From Octopus vulgaris (lineage: Eukaryota): a stretch of DNA of 64,000 nt. Location of the stretch: NCBI GenBank assembly GCA_951406725.2, contig OX597816.1, positions 76,012,001-76,076,000 of the forward strand, written 5' to 3'. Numbering within the stretch: position 1 is the stretch's first letter; every line of letters starts with the position of its first letter. The notes under the pieces are model-generated. The model did not search any database. It saw nothing but the letters and a program-made list of their open reading frames with translations, and had not been told where the DNA came from. The translations under genes and the position numbers were made by a program. Shown one piece after another: positions 1-12,051 of the stretch.

Positions 1-14
1 GTGTGGTGAAACAG

Positions 15-288
15 ATATTGTTGCATTTAGGGGTGATCATGTTGCCAGTTTAGCCAAGGAAAACACACGCTTCACCTTTATTTCATATTAATTGTATTTC
101 GGTCAGGGTTCTTTCGTTGCACTTCTGTGCCCACATCAGTGGCCCTTTGCTTTCTGATGAGGTTACAGAAGTATGACGAAAGAACTCTGGCCGAAATATA
201 ATTGATATGAAATAAAGCTATTCAAGTGAACACCAAATATATACTGCGTGTGTTATTGGCTAAACTGGCGACATGAACATCTTCAAAT

Positions 289-298
<10 letters not shown>
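15..298. mobile_element. Palindromic PLE-terminus-type non-autonomous element with a hammerhead core in each arm
   Basis: Imperfect inverted arms at 15-139 and 154-298. The + arm reads CTGATGA(154-160)-stem II-GAAA(178-181)-gaac-TC-tggcc. The - arm reads ggcca-CTGATGT-gggcacagaagtgcaac-GAAA. Confidence 0.7.
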
Positions 299-363
<65 letters not shown>

Positions 364-549
364 GTTAAATGTTCGAAATGAGGAGTAGATAGATAGCCAA
401 CAATTGATGAAGGGTCCTTTCATTGTGTTTACTTGTCCTGTTTTCCATTGTTTCTCGTTGTTTACGTATTTCACTCGTTTCTCCCTCGTTTGCGTACGTA
501 TTTCATGTTATTTGCACAGTTAGCGACGTCCCGTACTCATATATGGTTG

Positions 550-604
<55 letters not shown>

Positions 605-799
605 TATATCTATTATTTAAATCTATTATTTAATTGAACGCGATGCGTCCATTTCCAAGTGTGTGTGTACATATATATATATATATATACATAAAAATAA
701 CTATATATATCTATATGTATGAATTGCGGTGCCCCAGCATGGCCACAGCTCGTGAGCTGAAACTAGATAAAATAAAAATAAATAATATATATATATATC

Positions 800-1146
800 T
801 TAAAATATATATTTATATTTTAGAAATGGGGACGACCGGTTTATGAGTTTACCTTAGGTTTCCCGTCCATAAAATGTTTAGCTTTGTGGCGTATCATCAG
901 ATCTCAAGAACCTGTTGGCCCAAGACCTCTTAAAAATATGGAGGAGGAATGCTTCTCTACTCAACGTTAACAATTGGAGATTATCTCCCTTTGCAACCAG
1001 CTGTGCCGCCATCTTGTGAGCTCCAGAAACTATCAAAAACCTCCTGAAATATAAACATGGCCCGAAAATTTCTGTTCTGGAGTTAAGGATATTCCCTGGT
1101 TTGAGAGTACTTTAGGATTCTCGCGCCTTCAGCTATGCATAACTTG
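800..1146 (-). mobile_element. Penelope-like element 3' remnant (endonuclease C-terminus plus HHR-bearing terminus)
   Basis: Minus strand gives KLCIAEGARIL and, after a frameshift, NILNSRTEIFGPC. It is followed by CTGATGA (900-894) and a downstream (G)AAACCGGTC-gtccc. Confidence 0.55.
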
Positions 1147-1161
1147 TTAAAATGTGTATAA

Positions 1162-2288
1162 TTAATATCTAGTAGATATGCCCTTTGCATTTTTCAATGC
1201 AAGGAACCTATTAGGCATGTTAGTATTCAGCTGACGAATGTTCTCTTGATGAATTTTTTGCCGAGTTACATGCAGTAATCTCAAAAGATTTGACTTTGAG
1301 GATGCTTTCTTGTTCTTTTTATGAAGTGTCCTGTCCATTATGCCCAAGAGGTGTTCAGTAGGGTTCATATCTGGTGATTGGCTTGGCCACGGAAGCTTTT
1401 TAATGCCATTCTCTTCCAACACATCTGGGGTCATTTTAACTGTGTGACAAGGAGCCCCATCTTCCATAATAAAGAGTCTTCTTTAATCATTTCCCCAATT
1501 GAGAAGATTGGAAGGAATCCTTTCTGCAATGAAGATATATATTTATCTGAGTTTATGTTTCCCTCACGTTCCACCAGCTCTGATTGACCATTACTCCAAA
1601 TTGCCCCCCAGACCATCACAGAATGGCTGCCATGTTTCATTGTTGGCTACAGTCTTTGCATCTCAAATTCATGATCACAGAGTCTCCAGACCCACACTCG
1701 ACCACTGTCAGAAAATACAGCAAATCTAGACTTATTGGAGAATATGACAGTATCCCTAATTGTTAGTGGTCTCTCCACCATCTCACTGGCCCTATCGTTT
1801 CTCCGCTTGATATAGGCTGGTCGAAGTAGTGGCTTACTTCTTGCTGCTCTGCCATAGTAACCAAGTTTGTAGAGATACCTGACAGTTGTTCTTGGACCGA
1901 TACCAATTTGTTCTGCTGTATCAGAGGCCTTGCAGCGAGGATTATCCTCAACATTTCTCTTAACAAAGAGAAAGGTCGTGTCAGAGGGCCCTGGTTAACC
2001 TGGGCGAGTTGATTTGGACTCCTCTCCTCTCTGGTGAATGACACAATCACACTATTAATTGTAGAAAGCGGGATCCCAAGGTTTTCTGCAATTTCAGAAT
2101 AACCGTCAATACGACCTCTTTAAATTTCAGACAATTACAAAACTTCTTTTGTACTTGGCATAATTTAACAGTCACGTATAGCAGCCGAAAGATAAAAATG
2201 TCAATTAATAAAAAATATAAAGATTTACAAGTTAGGATAAACATAAAACGATGTTTTATGGGGTGTCTATTTACTTCTGCTATGTCTG
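1162..2288 (-). mobile_element. Tc1-family DD34E transposon, frameshifted, one end truncated
   Basis: Motifs [13 protein letters not shown] and EDGAPCH...WPSQSPDMNPTE, with 34 aa between D and E. A TIR-like end lies at about 2260-2288. Confidence 0.92.
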
Positions 2289-2308
2289 TGTGTGCGTGTA
2301 TACACACA

Positions 2309-2437
<129 letters not shown>

Positions 2438-2499
2438 ATATATATATATATTTATATATATATATGTATATATATTTATAGTAACAAAAAAGGAGGAAT

Positions 2500-3510
2500 T
2501 TTGATTGTCTCTACGTGGTGAGTTGTAATGCAAAAATATATATAAAATCAAAGAAGAAAATTGCACCCAGTTTACATAGTTTTAAAATATTTTAAAATAC
2601 ATTTTATATTGTTTGTCGACCAGTTTCACTTTCGTTAATCATGACGCTGAAATTTTTAAGAAAATTGTAGTCTATGTTCTGTGTGTAAGAAGCTTGTGAA
2701 TGAATGAACGATTCAGCAAGTACGAAATTCTAATGGGAGGTAATTGGTGATCGCTGTTTTCGGAGATTGGAGCGGTAATTCCTCGTCTTTCGGGGAGAGT
2801 ATAAATAAATATACACAAAAATTCAAAAGCTAAAGTAGTGGGCTGAAATATGTACAGTGATGGCTATGTGATCATGAATTAAAATATATACTGAGATCAA
2901 AGTTAGTTATGCGTTCATATTTAGACGTGTTCTGTATTTTTCGATGACGTTCATGTATAGTAATTGTTTCTTTGTACTGATAGATGGGGAAACCTCTGAA
3001 AGTCACGTTCATATTACCTGCATATCTCTCTATGTGTTCACTCAAAGTAATCTATATGTATTGCAGGAACTGGATCTGTTCCTTATGTAGTGTCGTTCCC
3101 CGTCTCAGTGTCATACTTGTTTCTCTTATATAGTTATGTCCAGAACCTGAGCAAGTTATACCATAAACCATATTCTCAGAAGCACAAGTGAAGTTGGTTA
3201 TAATTGTGAACCTCTCTCCTTGTTTGAACTGAAGTTACTAGTCTTCCAGTAGGTTGGAGCATGTTCCTCCTCTCTCCCCAATAATAATGATCACCAATTA
3301 CCTCACCTTAGATTTTTCTACTTGTTCAATCATTCATTCATAAACTCCTCCGCACACAACATGGACTAAAATCTTCTTCAGAAAATACGAAATTATAATA
3401 ATTTCAATGTCATGATTAGGGAAAACAAAACCGGTCGACAAACATATAGAATATAAAAAAAATATGTTAAAACTATGTAATGTTTGTGCATTTTCCAATT
3501 TTTATTTTTT
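2500..3510 (-). mobile_element. Penelope-like element remnant (GIY-YIG endonuclease) with inverted terminal copy
   Basis: Minus strand about 2890-3260 gives FTIITNFTCASENMVYGITCSGSGHNYIRET...LHKEQI...LSEHI. 2560-2650 and 3400-3500 are inverted copies containing the HHR 3' half GAAACYGGTC-gaca. Confidence 0.75.
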
Positions 3511-3522
3511 ATATATATATAC

Positions 3523-3583
<61 letters not shown>

Positions 3584-3756
3584 CATACATTCACAAATAC
3601 ATATATCTATGTATATATATATACATACATATATATATATATATATGCATATATTGGTAAAAACGTTAAGATAACAAAAGAAAGAAAGAGACCTCAATAT
3701 TATGTAAATAGAGGAAATTTATCTGTAAATTAATATGTTACCATTATTCAATAGCC

Positions 3757-3821
3757 AAGATAACCGAAGAGATGGTGTTGTGGATTTTCACTTCGGCACC
3801 CGAAACTCAGAGTCTTATCTT
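3757..3821 (+). ncRNA. Type I hammerhead ribozyme motif (CCGAAGA core) closing a 44-bp perfect inverted repeat
   Basis: aagataa-CCGAAGA(3764-3770)-stem II (ggtgttg...cggcacc)-GAAA(3802-3805)-ctc-a-gag-TC(to 3814)-ttatctt. Arms 3720-3763 and 3815-3858 are exact reverse complements. Confidence 0.8.
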
Positions 3822-3864
3822 GGCTATTGAATAATGGTAACATATTAATTTACAGATATATATG

Positions 3865-3920
<56 letters not shown>

Positions 3921-4428
3921 TGGCATGAATACGTTAATATATATGTGTGTATTGTGAAAAAATCGTCAGAGGTCGTTGAGAAAGTAAGCTACTACATTTG
4001 GTTCAAGAAGGAGGTCGAGTGAGGATGGTAGAAACAGCTGACCCAGAGTCGCATCATCTGAGTCAACGCAGCTCGTGCTGTTGTGCTGTGTGTTGCCGCA
4101 TACATCGGTGGGTGGCATTAGTCATACGATATAGTGTATATTTAAACACATAAGGAATCCACTTATAGGAATTCAACACGCTAGAAAGAACAGCTAGGTT
4201 CTATAGCCACAAAAATTAGGGATAAAATTCGACAGGAACGAATTGAAAAATGAAAAACAGTTTTACCATCTAGTTTCCTGGACTAATTGGTTTCTGATTT
4301 GACAAGGTTGTCCTTCCTCTTCCTTTAATTTATACATGTGTGTGCGTGTGCATGTATGTGTGTATGTATGTATGTATGTATGTATGTATGTATGTATGTA
4401 TGTATGTATGTATGTATGTATGTATGTA

Positions 4429-4462
<34 letters not shown>

Positions 4463-4465
<3 letters not shown>

Positions 4466-4870
4466 ACAGGAGAGGCTGTGTGGTAAGCAGCTTGCTTACC
4501 AACCACATGGTTCCGGGTTCAGTCCCACTGCGTGGCACCTTGGGCAAGTGTTATCTACTATAGCCTCGGACCTACCAAAGCCTTGTGAGTGGATTTGGTA
4601 GACGGAAACTGAAAGAAGCCCGTCCTATATATGTATATATATGTATGTGTATGTGCATGTTTGCGTGTCTACGTTTGTCCCCCCAACATAGCTTGACAAC
4701 CGATGCTGGTGTGTTTACGACCCCGTAACTTAGCGGTTCGGCAAAAGAAACCGATAGAATAAGTACTAGGCTTACACAGAATAAGTCCTGGGGTCGATTT
4801 GCTCGACTAAAGTCGTTGCTCCAGCATGGCCGCAGTCAAATGACTAAAACAAATAAAAGAATAAAAGAAT
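4463..4870 (+). mobile_element. tRNA-derived SINE with CORE-like segment (family A)
   Basis: A-box-like ggctgtgtggtaag, B-box-like gggttcagtccc, gcaccttgggcaagt, and a common body. More than 10 copies occur in this window. Confidence 0.85.
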
Positions 4871-4944
4871 ATGTATATACATATATATATATATATATAT
4901 TCTTTTTGCTTGTTTCAGCTTAGAGCTGCGGCCATGCTAATGCA

Positions 4945-6624
4945 CCGCCGTTTTGTACTACACTGTTATTACGAAGAACCTCCTCTAATATGTGGCACTT
5001 GGTCAAGAATGGAGTTTGACATAGCTACTCTCATTTGCACCTCTTGCCGTGAGGTAGGTTCATCTGGGACTCTCGACAGACTCTCGCTTTGATTTAAAAA
5101 CTGCTACATCTACTTTGTGCAAGTTCCTCAGACTCTTTGGGAGAATATTAAAAAGCTGTAGGCCCTTTAAACCCAGGCTGTTGCAGAAGCTGGTCCTGAA
5201 GCGTGATGGCATTGCTGGGATCTTTGGCACTATGCAGTGTCGTCCCATTCTAGCATTGGTGTAGCTTACAATACCAAAATTTGGTACAATTCCTTCCAGG
5301 ATCTTCCAGACATATATTTTTGCATACCTCTCCCGTCTTCTCTCTAGGGAGTAGAGTCTTAGCTGTTTCAACCTTTCCCAGTAGCTGAGTTGTTCCAAAG
5401 AGACGATCTTCTTTGTGAATCTTCTCTTGATTGCTTCAAGGTCCGCTGTTAATTTTACACTGGTGGGTGACCATAGCTGTGAGCAGTAATCCAGGCGGCT
5501 GAGGACGAATGTCCGCCAGAGGACCATCATGGTTTCCTTATCTCTGGTTCTGAATGTTCTTAGGATCTAGCCAGCCAGTCGTCTGCACTTTGTCGCCATC
5601 CTGGTAATGTGCACTCATGTCGATACTCAGGTCCCTCGCAGACTTAGGCTCTGGGATTGAAATTCCCTGTGGCCCGGTGTATCCTGTAAGTTTAATATTC
5701 AGTTTTGGATGCTGATAGCGCAGGGCCTGGAATTTTTCAGCATTAAACTGCATATTATTATCCTCAGCCCATCTGTAGATTGAGTCCAATTCCTGCTGCA
5801 GGTATGCAACATCACTGGGGTTCTGTATTTTCTGCGAGACTTTCGTATCGTCTGCATAGCTTGCCAGAGTGGCTATCCGGGCATTTGAGGGTATATCTGA
5901 GAGGGCCAATATAAAAAGTAGTGGTCCCAAGACAGTGCCCTGTGGAACACCGCTCACTATCTGTGTTCATAGAGGCGGCTCCATTAACCACTACTGTCTG
6001 ACTCCTATCTTTCAGGAAGTCATGTAACCCCACTCCAATTTTTCCAGCTATGTCGAGGTCACGCAGTTTGTGGCATATCATACCATGATCCACCTTGTCA
6101 AAAGCTTTTGCAAAATCAAGGTAGATTACGTCCACATTTGATTTGTTGAGTAACTGCCTCAACACCCAGTCATAATGTTGTAAGAGCTGGGTCAGGCAGC
6201 TCCTACGTGGTCGAAAACTTTGCTGGCTATCACTCAGCAGGTAATTTTCCTGAAGGAATGCGATTAGTTTCTTTCTGACTATCCGTTCCATGACTTTGCT
6301 GATGTGTGAAGTCAGAGATAGGCCTATAATTTTTGGCATCTGCTCTACTTCCCCCTTTATATATTGGGCATATTATTCCCTCCTTCAGCTTGCTTGGCAG
6401 TTTGCCATTCGTAAAAAAAGCTCTGGAAGAGAATCTTGAGGGGTTTTGCCAGGGCATGCTTACACGCTTTGAGGAGGATTGCTGGGAAACCATCTGGACC
6501 AGCAGTTGAGTTTGTGTCCACTTCTTCTATGGCTAGTAGGACGTCTTCTTCGCTAATGCCAATACATTCTACTGTAACCGCCTCGCTGGTTATAGGTGAG
6601 GTGGCAAAGAAGTCCACTGGTTCG

Positions 6625-6628
<4 letters not shown>
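4945..6628 (-). mobile_element. CR1-group LINE ORF2 (reverse transcriptase), 5'-truncated and frameshifted
   Basis: Motifs GPDG, NYRPIS, IYLDFAKAFDKVDHG, SGVPQGTVLGPLLF, YADDTK, RLDYCSQLWSP, LSYWERLKQLRLYSLERRRERY. Confidence 0.95.
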
Positions 6629-6708
<80 letters not shown>

Positions 6709-6780
6709 CTAATATAATAAGGGTGAAAAATTGAATATTAATTTGATTAATATCAATTTAAAACCAGTGGTCCAGCAGAT

Positions 6781-6817
<37 letters not shown>

Positions 6818-6865
6818 AAATTGATATTAATCAAATTAATATTCAATTTTTCATCCTTATTATTT

Positions 6866-6909
<44 letters not shown>

Positions 6910-6958
6910 AAAATAATAAGGATGAAAAATTGAATATTAATTTGATTAATATCAATTT

Positions 6959-6997
<39 letters not shown>

Positions 6998-7185
6998 ATC
7001 TGCTGGACCACTGGTTTTAAATTGATATTAATCAAATTAATATTCAATTTTTCACCCTTATTATATTAGATTATATATATATATATATATATATATGTGA
7101 GTGTGTGTGTGTACACACACACATATATATATGTGTGTGTGTGTGTGTGAACGAACCAGTGGACTTCTTTGCCACCTCACCTATA
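6591..7185. repeat. About 600-bp nested palindrome centred on (TA)n
   Basis: 6591-6628 mirrors 7148-7185, 6706-6781 mirrors 6997-7072, and 6817-6869 mirrors 6905-6959. The centre is a TA run at about 6868-6905. Confidence 0.9.
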
Positions 7186-7276
7186 TATATATATGTATAT
7201 GTATATATATATGTACATATATATATGTACATATATATATGTACATATATATGTATGTACATATATATATATTTAT

Positions 7277-8043
7277 ATATATATTTATATATATATTCTT
7301 TTATTTGTTTCAGTCATTTGACTGCGGCCATGCTGTAGCACCACTTTTAGTCGAACAAATCGACTCCAGGACTTATTCTTTGTAAGCATAGTACTTATTC
7401 TTATTTCTTTATTGCCCACAAAGGGCTAAACATAGAGCGGACAAAGAAGGACAGACAAAGGAATTAAGTCGATTACATCGATCCCAGTGCGTAACTGGTA
7501 CTTAATTTATCGAGCCCGAAAGGATGAAAGGCAAAGTCGACCTCGGCGGAATTTGAACTCAGAATGTAACGGCAGACGAAATACCTGTTTCTTTACTACC
7601 CACAAGGGGCTAAACACAGAGAGGACAAAGAAGGACAGACAAAGGAATTAAGTCGATTACATCGATCCCAGTGCGTAACTGGTACTTAATTTATCGACTC
7701 CGAAAGGATGAAAGGCAAAGTCGACCTCGGCGGAATTTGAACTCAAAACGTAACGGCAGACGAAATATCGCTAAGCATTTCGCCCGGCGTGCTTATTCCA
7801 TTTGTCCTTTTTGGTCGAACCGCTAGGTTACGGGGACGTGTACACACCAACATCGGTTGTCAAGCGATGGTTGGGGGAAACTAACACAGTCATACAAACA
7901 TACACACACACACTCACACACACATACATACGGCAGGCTTCTTTCAGTTTCCATCTACCAAACTCATTCCCAAGTCTTTGGTCGGCCCAAGGTGCCACTA
8001 AGTGGGACTGAAGCCGGAACGATGTGGTTGGTAAGCAAGCTAC
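7277..8043 (-). mobile_element. Family A SINE interrupted by a family B SINE and truncated in its tRNA head by a LINE
   Basis: Reverse complement of the 4463 element, split at cttattc and ending at ggtaagcaagctac (8030-8043). Confidence 0.85.
7401..7791 (-). mobile_element. Family B tRNA-derived SINE (Meta-domain-like core), internally duplicated, with 7-bp TSD
   Basis: Two ~185-bp units containing aaaggatgaaaggcaaagtcgacctcggcggaatttgaactc, flanked by cttattc at 7394-7400 and 7792-7798. Confidence 0.85.
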
Positions 8044-8895
8044 TTTATTTCATATGTATTTGCCATGAAGGCATTACATCTTTATATTCCCACCCTCCTC
8101 TTTCATTCTCTCAAAAAGCTCGGAGAGCCTCTCCGTTTGTATTACGACATTTTCACACGATACAGCGGCTAGCCGCGAACTTTTTTGCTGCCTCATGCAG
8201 CTGGTTTAATTCTTGAATTATTTCGACCGACATATTCGTTCTAAATAAATTTATACACAATTTAATCCCAGAAAAAGGGAAACCTATCATTTTTTTACTT
8301 ATTTTTCCCTCTCAACATGGACAACAGTTCAAATCCCACTCCCGCCGGGGGGCGAGACGTAACAACAAAGCCTAAAACGTTCGAAATTAATTAATTTTTG
8401 TTTTCTACACAATAATAGAAATACAGATTTCTCCAAAACGGGAAACCTATAATATTTTTTTCTCACGAGAACAACAGTTCAAATCTCATCCCTGCTAGGG
8501 CGGTTACCACAATAGAGCCTACAACGGCTAAAATTTAATTTTTCACACAATAATAAATTGATTATCCCCAAAAAGGGAAACCTATAATATTTTTTCCTCT
8601 TAATGAGGATAACAGTTCAAATGCCACCCCCGCTGGGTGGTGGAGGTGGGTTGGGGGGCACGACAATAAAGCCTACAACGGCCTTAATAAGTTTAATATC
8701 TCAACAATTCACTACTGCAAAAATGGCTTTACACAAACATTTACTTTCTCCCGTCACCGGGAAAAAGCACAAAAATTTTCTAAGTTTCAAAGTTCGACAA
8801 TGTTCAACAGTTCGAAAATATTCAACAATAAACATTCAACAATTCCAACATAAAAATTATCCAACGTTCAACAAAACACATCTATCCACGAGACA
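8044..8895 (-). mobile_element. Internally deleted L1/Tx1-like LINE: monomeric 5'UTR, ORF1 start and last 35 bp of the 3' end
   Basis: Three diverged 130-160-bp monomers (8272-8697) and an ATG at 8233 (MSVEIIQELNQLHEAAKKFAASRCIV). 8044-8078 matches the 3' tail at 8910ff. It is flanked by a 14-bp direct repeat. Confidence 0.6.
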
Positions 8896-8909
8896 GGTAA
8901 GCAAGCTAC

Positions 8910-9720
8910 TTTATTTCATATGTATTTGCCATGAAGTATTTGCCATGAAGGCATTACAAAGAGGGGACGAATAAGGACAACAAACATAAAAGGGTGAAGT
9001 AGCTGTAGCGATTAAATATTTACAATTTAAAAATACAATAATTTAAGAATATATTTATAATTTTCGACTTAAGCGTTGCTCATTACAAATGAAATTTGTA
9101 ATGGCTTCTCTGAAGGATAGGCATCCGACCACTAGGGTAGACCCCTTGCTTTTTCTTTCCTGTTTTTGGCTTCTACTTACCTGGTGCCAAACACCCCCAG
9201 CTTCCGCAGAAAAAGCAAACCTTCCTTTCCCTGTTAAGGGAAGGAGGCGGCACAATCTCGACGATAGATTCAGCTGATAGCTGCACTCTTTCCATCGATG
9301 ACAACAGTTGCTCTGCGAAAACTATCAGTCTCGTTAATTCCGGACATTCCACAAATGCGTGCAAGACGGTTTCCCTGTCCTGCCCGCACCTCAGATATGT
9401 CGGCGAGACAGCACTTCCGTGCCTTGACAGTTTAAAAGGAACAGATAACGCCGCACGGATGCACTATGAAGCCAAGGATTTCTTGTAATTGTCCAGATAC
9501 CCCAGCCCGAAAGTTCCCCGGAACACGTTGATTAACTGATTTTCATCGTAGCCCAGGGTCTCCCCAAGGCGTCTTCGGACTTAACCTCCACTAACTCACT
9601 ATAGAAATCCGCGGTGGAACTCCTAGTGCCGGCATTGCCCGCCCAGGAGAGTAGCTGAAATGCCTGGCGTCACTCCAATTGCCGTTCTCCCAGCCTAGGT
9701 CTCTGCTTGATCCAATTACC
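8910..9720 (-). mobile_element. L1/Tx1-clade LINE ORF2 3' end (zf-RVT region)
   Basis: Minus strand reads ...YLRCGQDRETVLHAFVECP, a CCHC-type C-terminal finger. The 3'UTR ends in gaaataaa. Confidence 0.8.
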
Positions 9721-9762
9721 AATGTCCGTTAAGGACGTTAATTGCAGAAGGTAGAACCGAAC

Positions 9763-9820
9763 ATGCGGTGACCATTATTCTTCCATCAGAAAGTGCGGTG
9801 ACCATTATTCTTCCATCAGA
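9763..9820. repeat. Two-copy 30-bp tandem duplication
   Basis: tgcggtgaccattattcttccatcagaa occurs twice. Confidence 0.8.
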
Positions 9821-9892
9821 ATAATGCTCGGTCACATACAGCGAGAATGACATTCTAAAGGCTGGAGCAGTTTTAATGTGAAACGAATCCTC

Positions 9893-10182
9893 ACTCACCA
9901 TATTCACTGCTCTATCTGATTATCATTTATTCCGCAGTCTTCAAAGTCATTAGAACAGAAAAAAAAATGAATTCTGTAGACGAGGTCCGAACAGTACTGG
10001 AGGAGTATTTTTTTTCATGGATAAGTGAATTTTGGAAGAGGGGCCTTGCAAGTCTACCAGACAGATGGAAGAGCATTGTAGAAAATGAAGGAGTGTATAT
10101 TTTAGATTAAAAAAGAACTTTATCTTGATTTTGAAAAGTAAAAGAAGTATAAAAAACCGTTTTATTTATTGGATGACTCAAT
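9893..10182 (+). mobile_element. Mariner transposase C-terminal remnant with right TIR
   Basis: SPYS...SDYHLFRSLQSH...FWKRGLASLPDRWKSIVENEGVYILD*, followed by a TIR-like end aaaaccg...actcaata. Confidence 0.8.
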
Positions 10183-10414
10183 ATATATGACGGGCTTCCT
10201 TCAGTTTCCCTCTACTAAATTCACTCACAAGACTCTAGTTGACCCGAAGTCATCGTAGAAGAGATTTACCCAAGGTGCCATGTAATGGGTCTGCACACAA
10301 TTTAACTCACAGGGCATGGGACGACCCGTGCCTTTAGGAAATATTTGTCCAAAATTCCACACAGTAAGATCGAACTCGAAACACGAAACCTCGTGTTCGA
10401 AAGCGAGCTTCACA

Positions 10415-10495
<81 letters not shown>

Positions 10496-11737
10496 TATGG
10501 CACGCATATATTTACGAGCATATACTTATACAAGTATACATACGCACATATATCGGCATACGTACAAATAACACCAATGTATACAGGGACGTATATTTAT
10601 ATACCCACATACTTTCATGTCGGCTCCTCCGAAGCTTCGTAAACATATTTATACACATACATATACAAAAACGTAAATGCTTACACACAACTATGTACCC
10701 CGTACATTGGCATACAACGTATCAATAAACACACACCCTCGCTCGAATAGGCACACATACAAAAATAGCCATACATTAACATGTGCATTATGTGCATTGT
10801 CTGTGGATGGCGGAATCGTTAAAGCGTCGAACGAAATAATGTGATAATTGATGACGTCACAATACTTTCAGAGTTCAAACCCTGTCCAGCTTCAGTCTAC
10901 CTTTAATTCTTCCGAGGTCTATAAATTAAACAACATCAAGCGATAAAATCAATACTGGAGGATTCGTAGAATCGGTTATATTTGAAGTGGTGCTCCAACA
11001 TGACCACAATCCATTGATATACATACATACATTCATACGTACATACATAAGATATATATATATATATATATACATACATACATATATATATATATATAAA
11101 TTTATATGCATGCATAACACATCAGCCCATGTGCTCATTCATAAACATCTGTGTGCAGCTATATAGACAGACACACAGACACAGGTAGATAGCCATGTTG
11201 TGGCATATCTAAGCTTAGACACCTACACAAAGATACATGCACAGACACACATACACACACACACACACATGCATGCATACATGCAAGCACGCACACTGAC
11301 TCGTAGCATACCCACATGTGATCATGTTTACAGCTACATGTTCATACATATTCAACGCACTCACGTGCACATGTATGCACACAGATACACGATGACAGAA
11401 GTAATTTTATACATGTATGCACACACACAAAATAATTAGGCAAATGTTTACACTTGTATTTGAACAGGAACATACATATACTACACATTCTCTGGCTCTC
11501 TCCTTCCCTCTCTCTCTCTCTCCCTCCCTCTCTCTCTCCCTCACACAAGCAAAAGTACGTACACGCATATATACGTATGAACATATCTACATACAAAATT
11601 AACACGCACTTCTGTATATACTCATACATTCGTATGTTCACACATACTCGGAAGAACACTGATGCACATATATAATACATGCTTACATACTCACGCACAC
11701 ATACACATAGACACACGCACATACTTACAGGCATGCA

Positions 11738-11792
<55 letters not shown>

Positions 11793-11809
11793 GCATATAC
11801 GTAAATACG

Positions 11810-11851
<42 letters not shown>

Positions 11852-11858
11852 CATACAT

Positions 11859-11889
<31 letters not shown>

Positions 11890-11984
11890 CATACACGCAC
11901 ACACACATATATACATATGGAGCGCATACAACCATATATACAAGAACATTATATATTTGTGTGTGTATGTGTGTCTGTGGTGTA

Positions 11985-12051
<67 letters not shown>

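Noticed and set aside
3950-4140. GC-richer block resembling a solo LTR
   Set aside because: No clear TG...CA ends, TSD or second copy.
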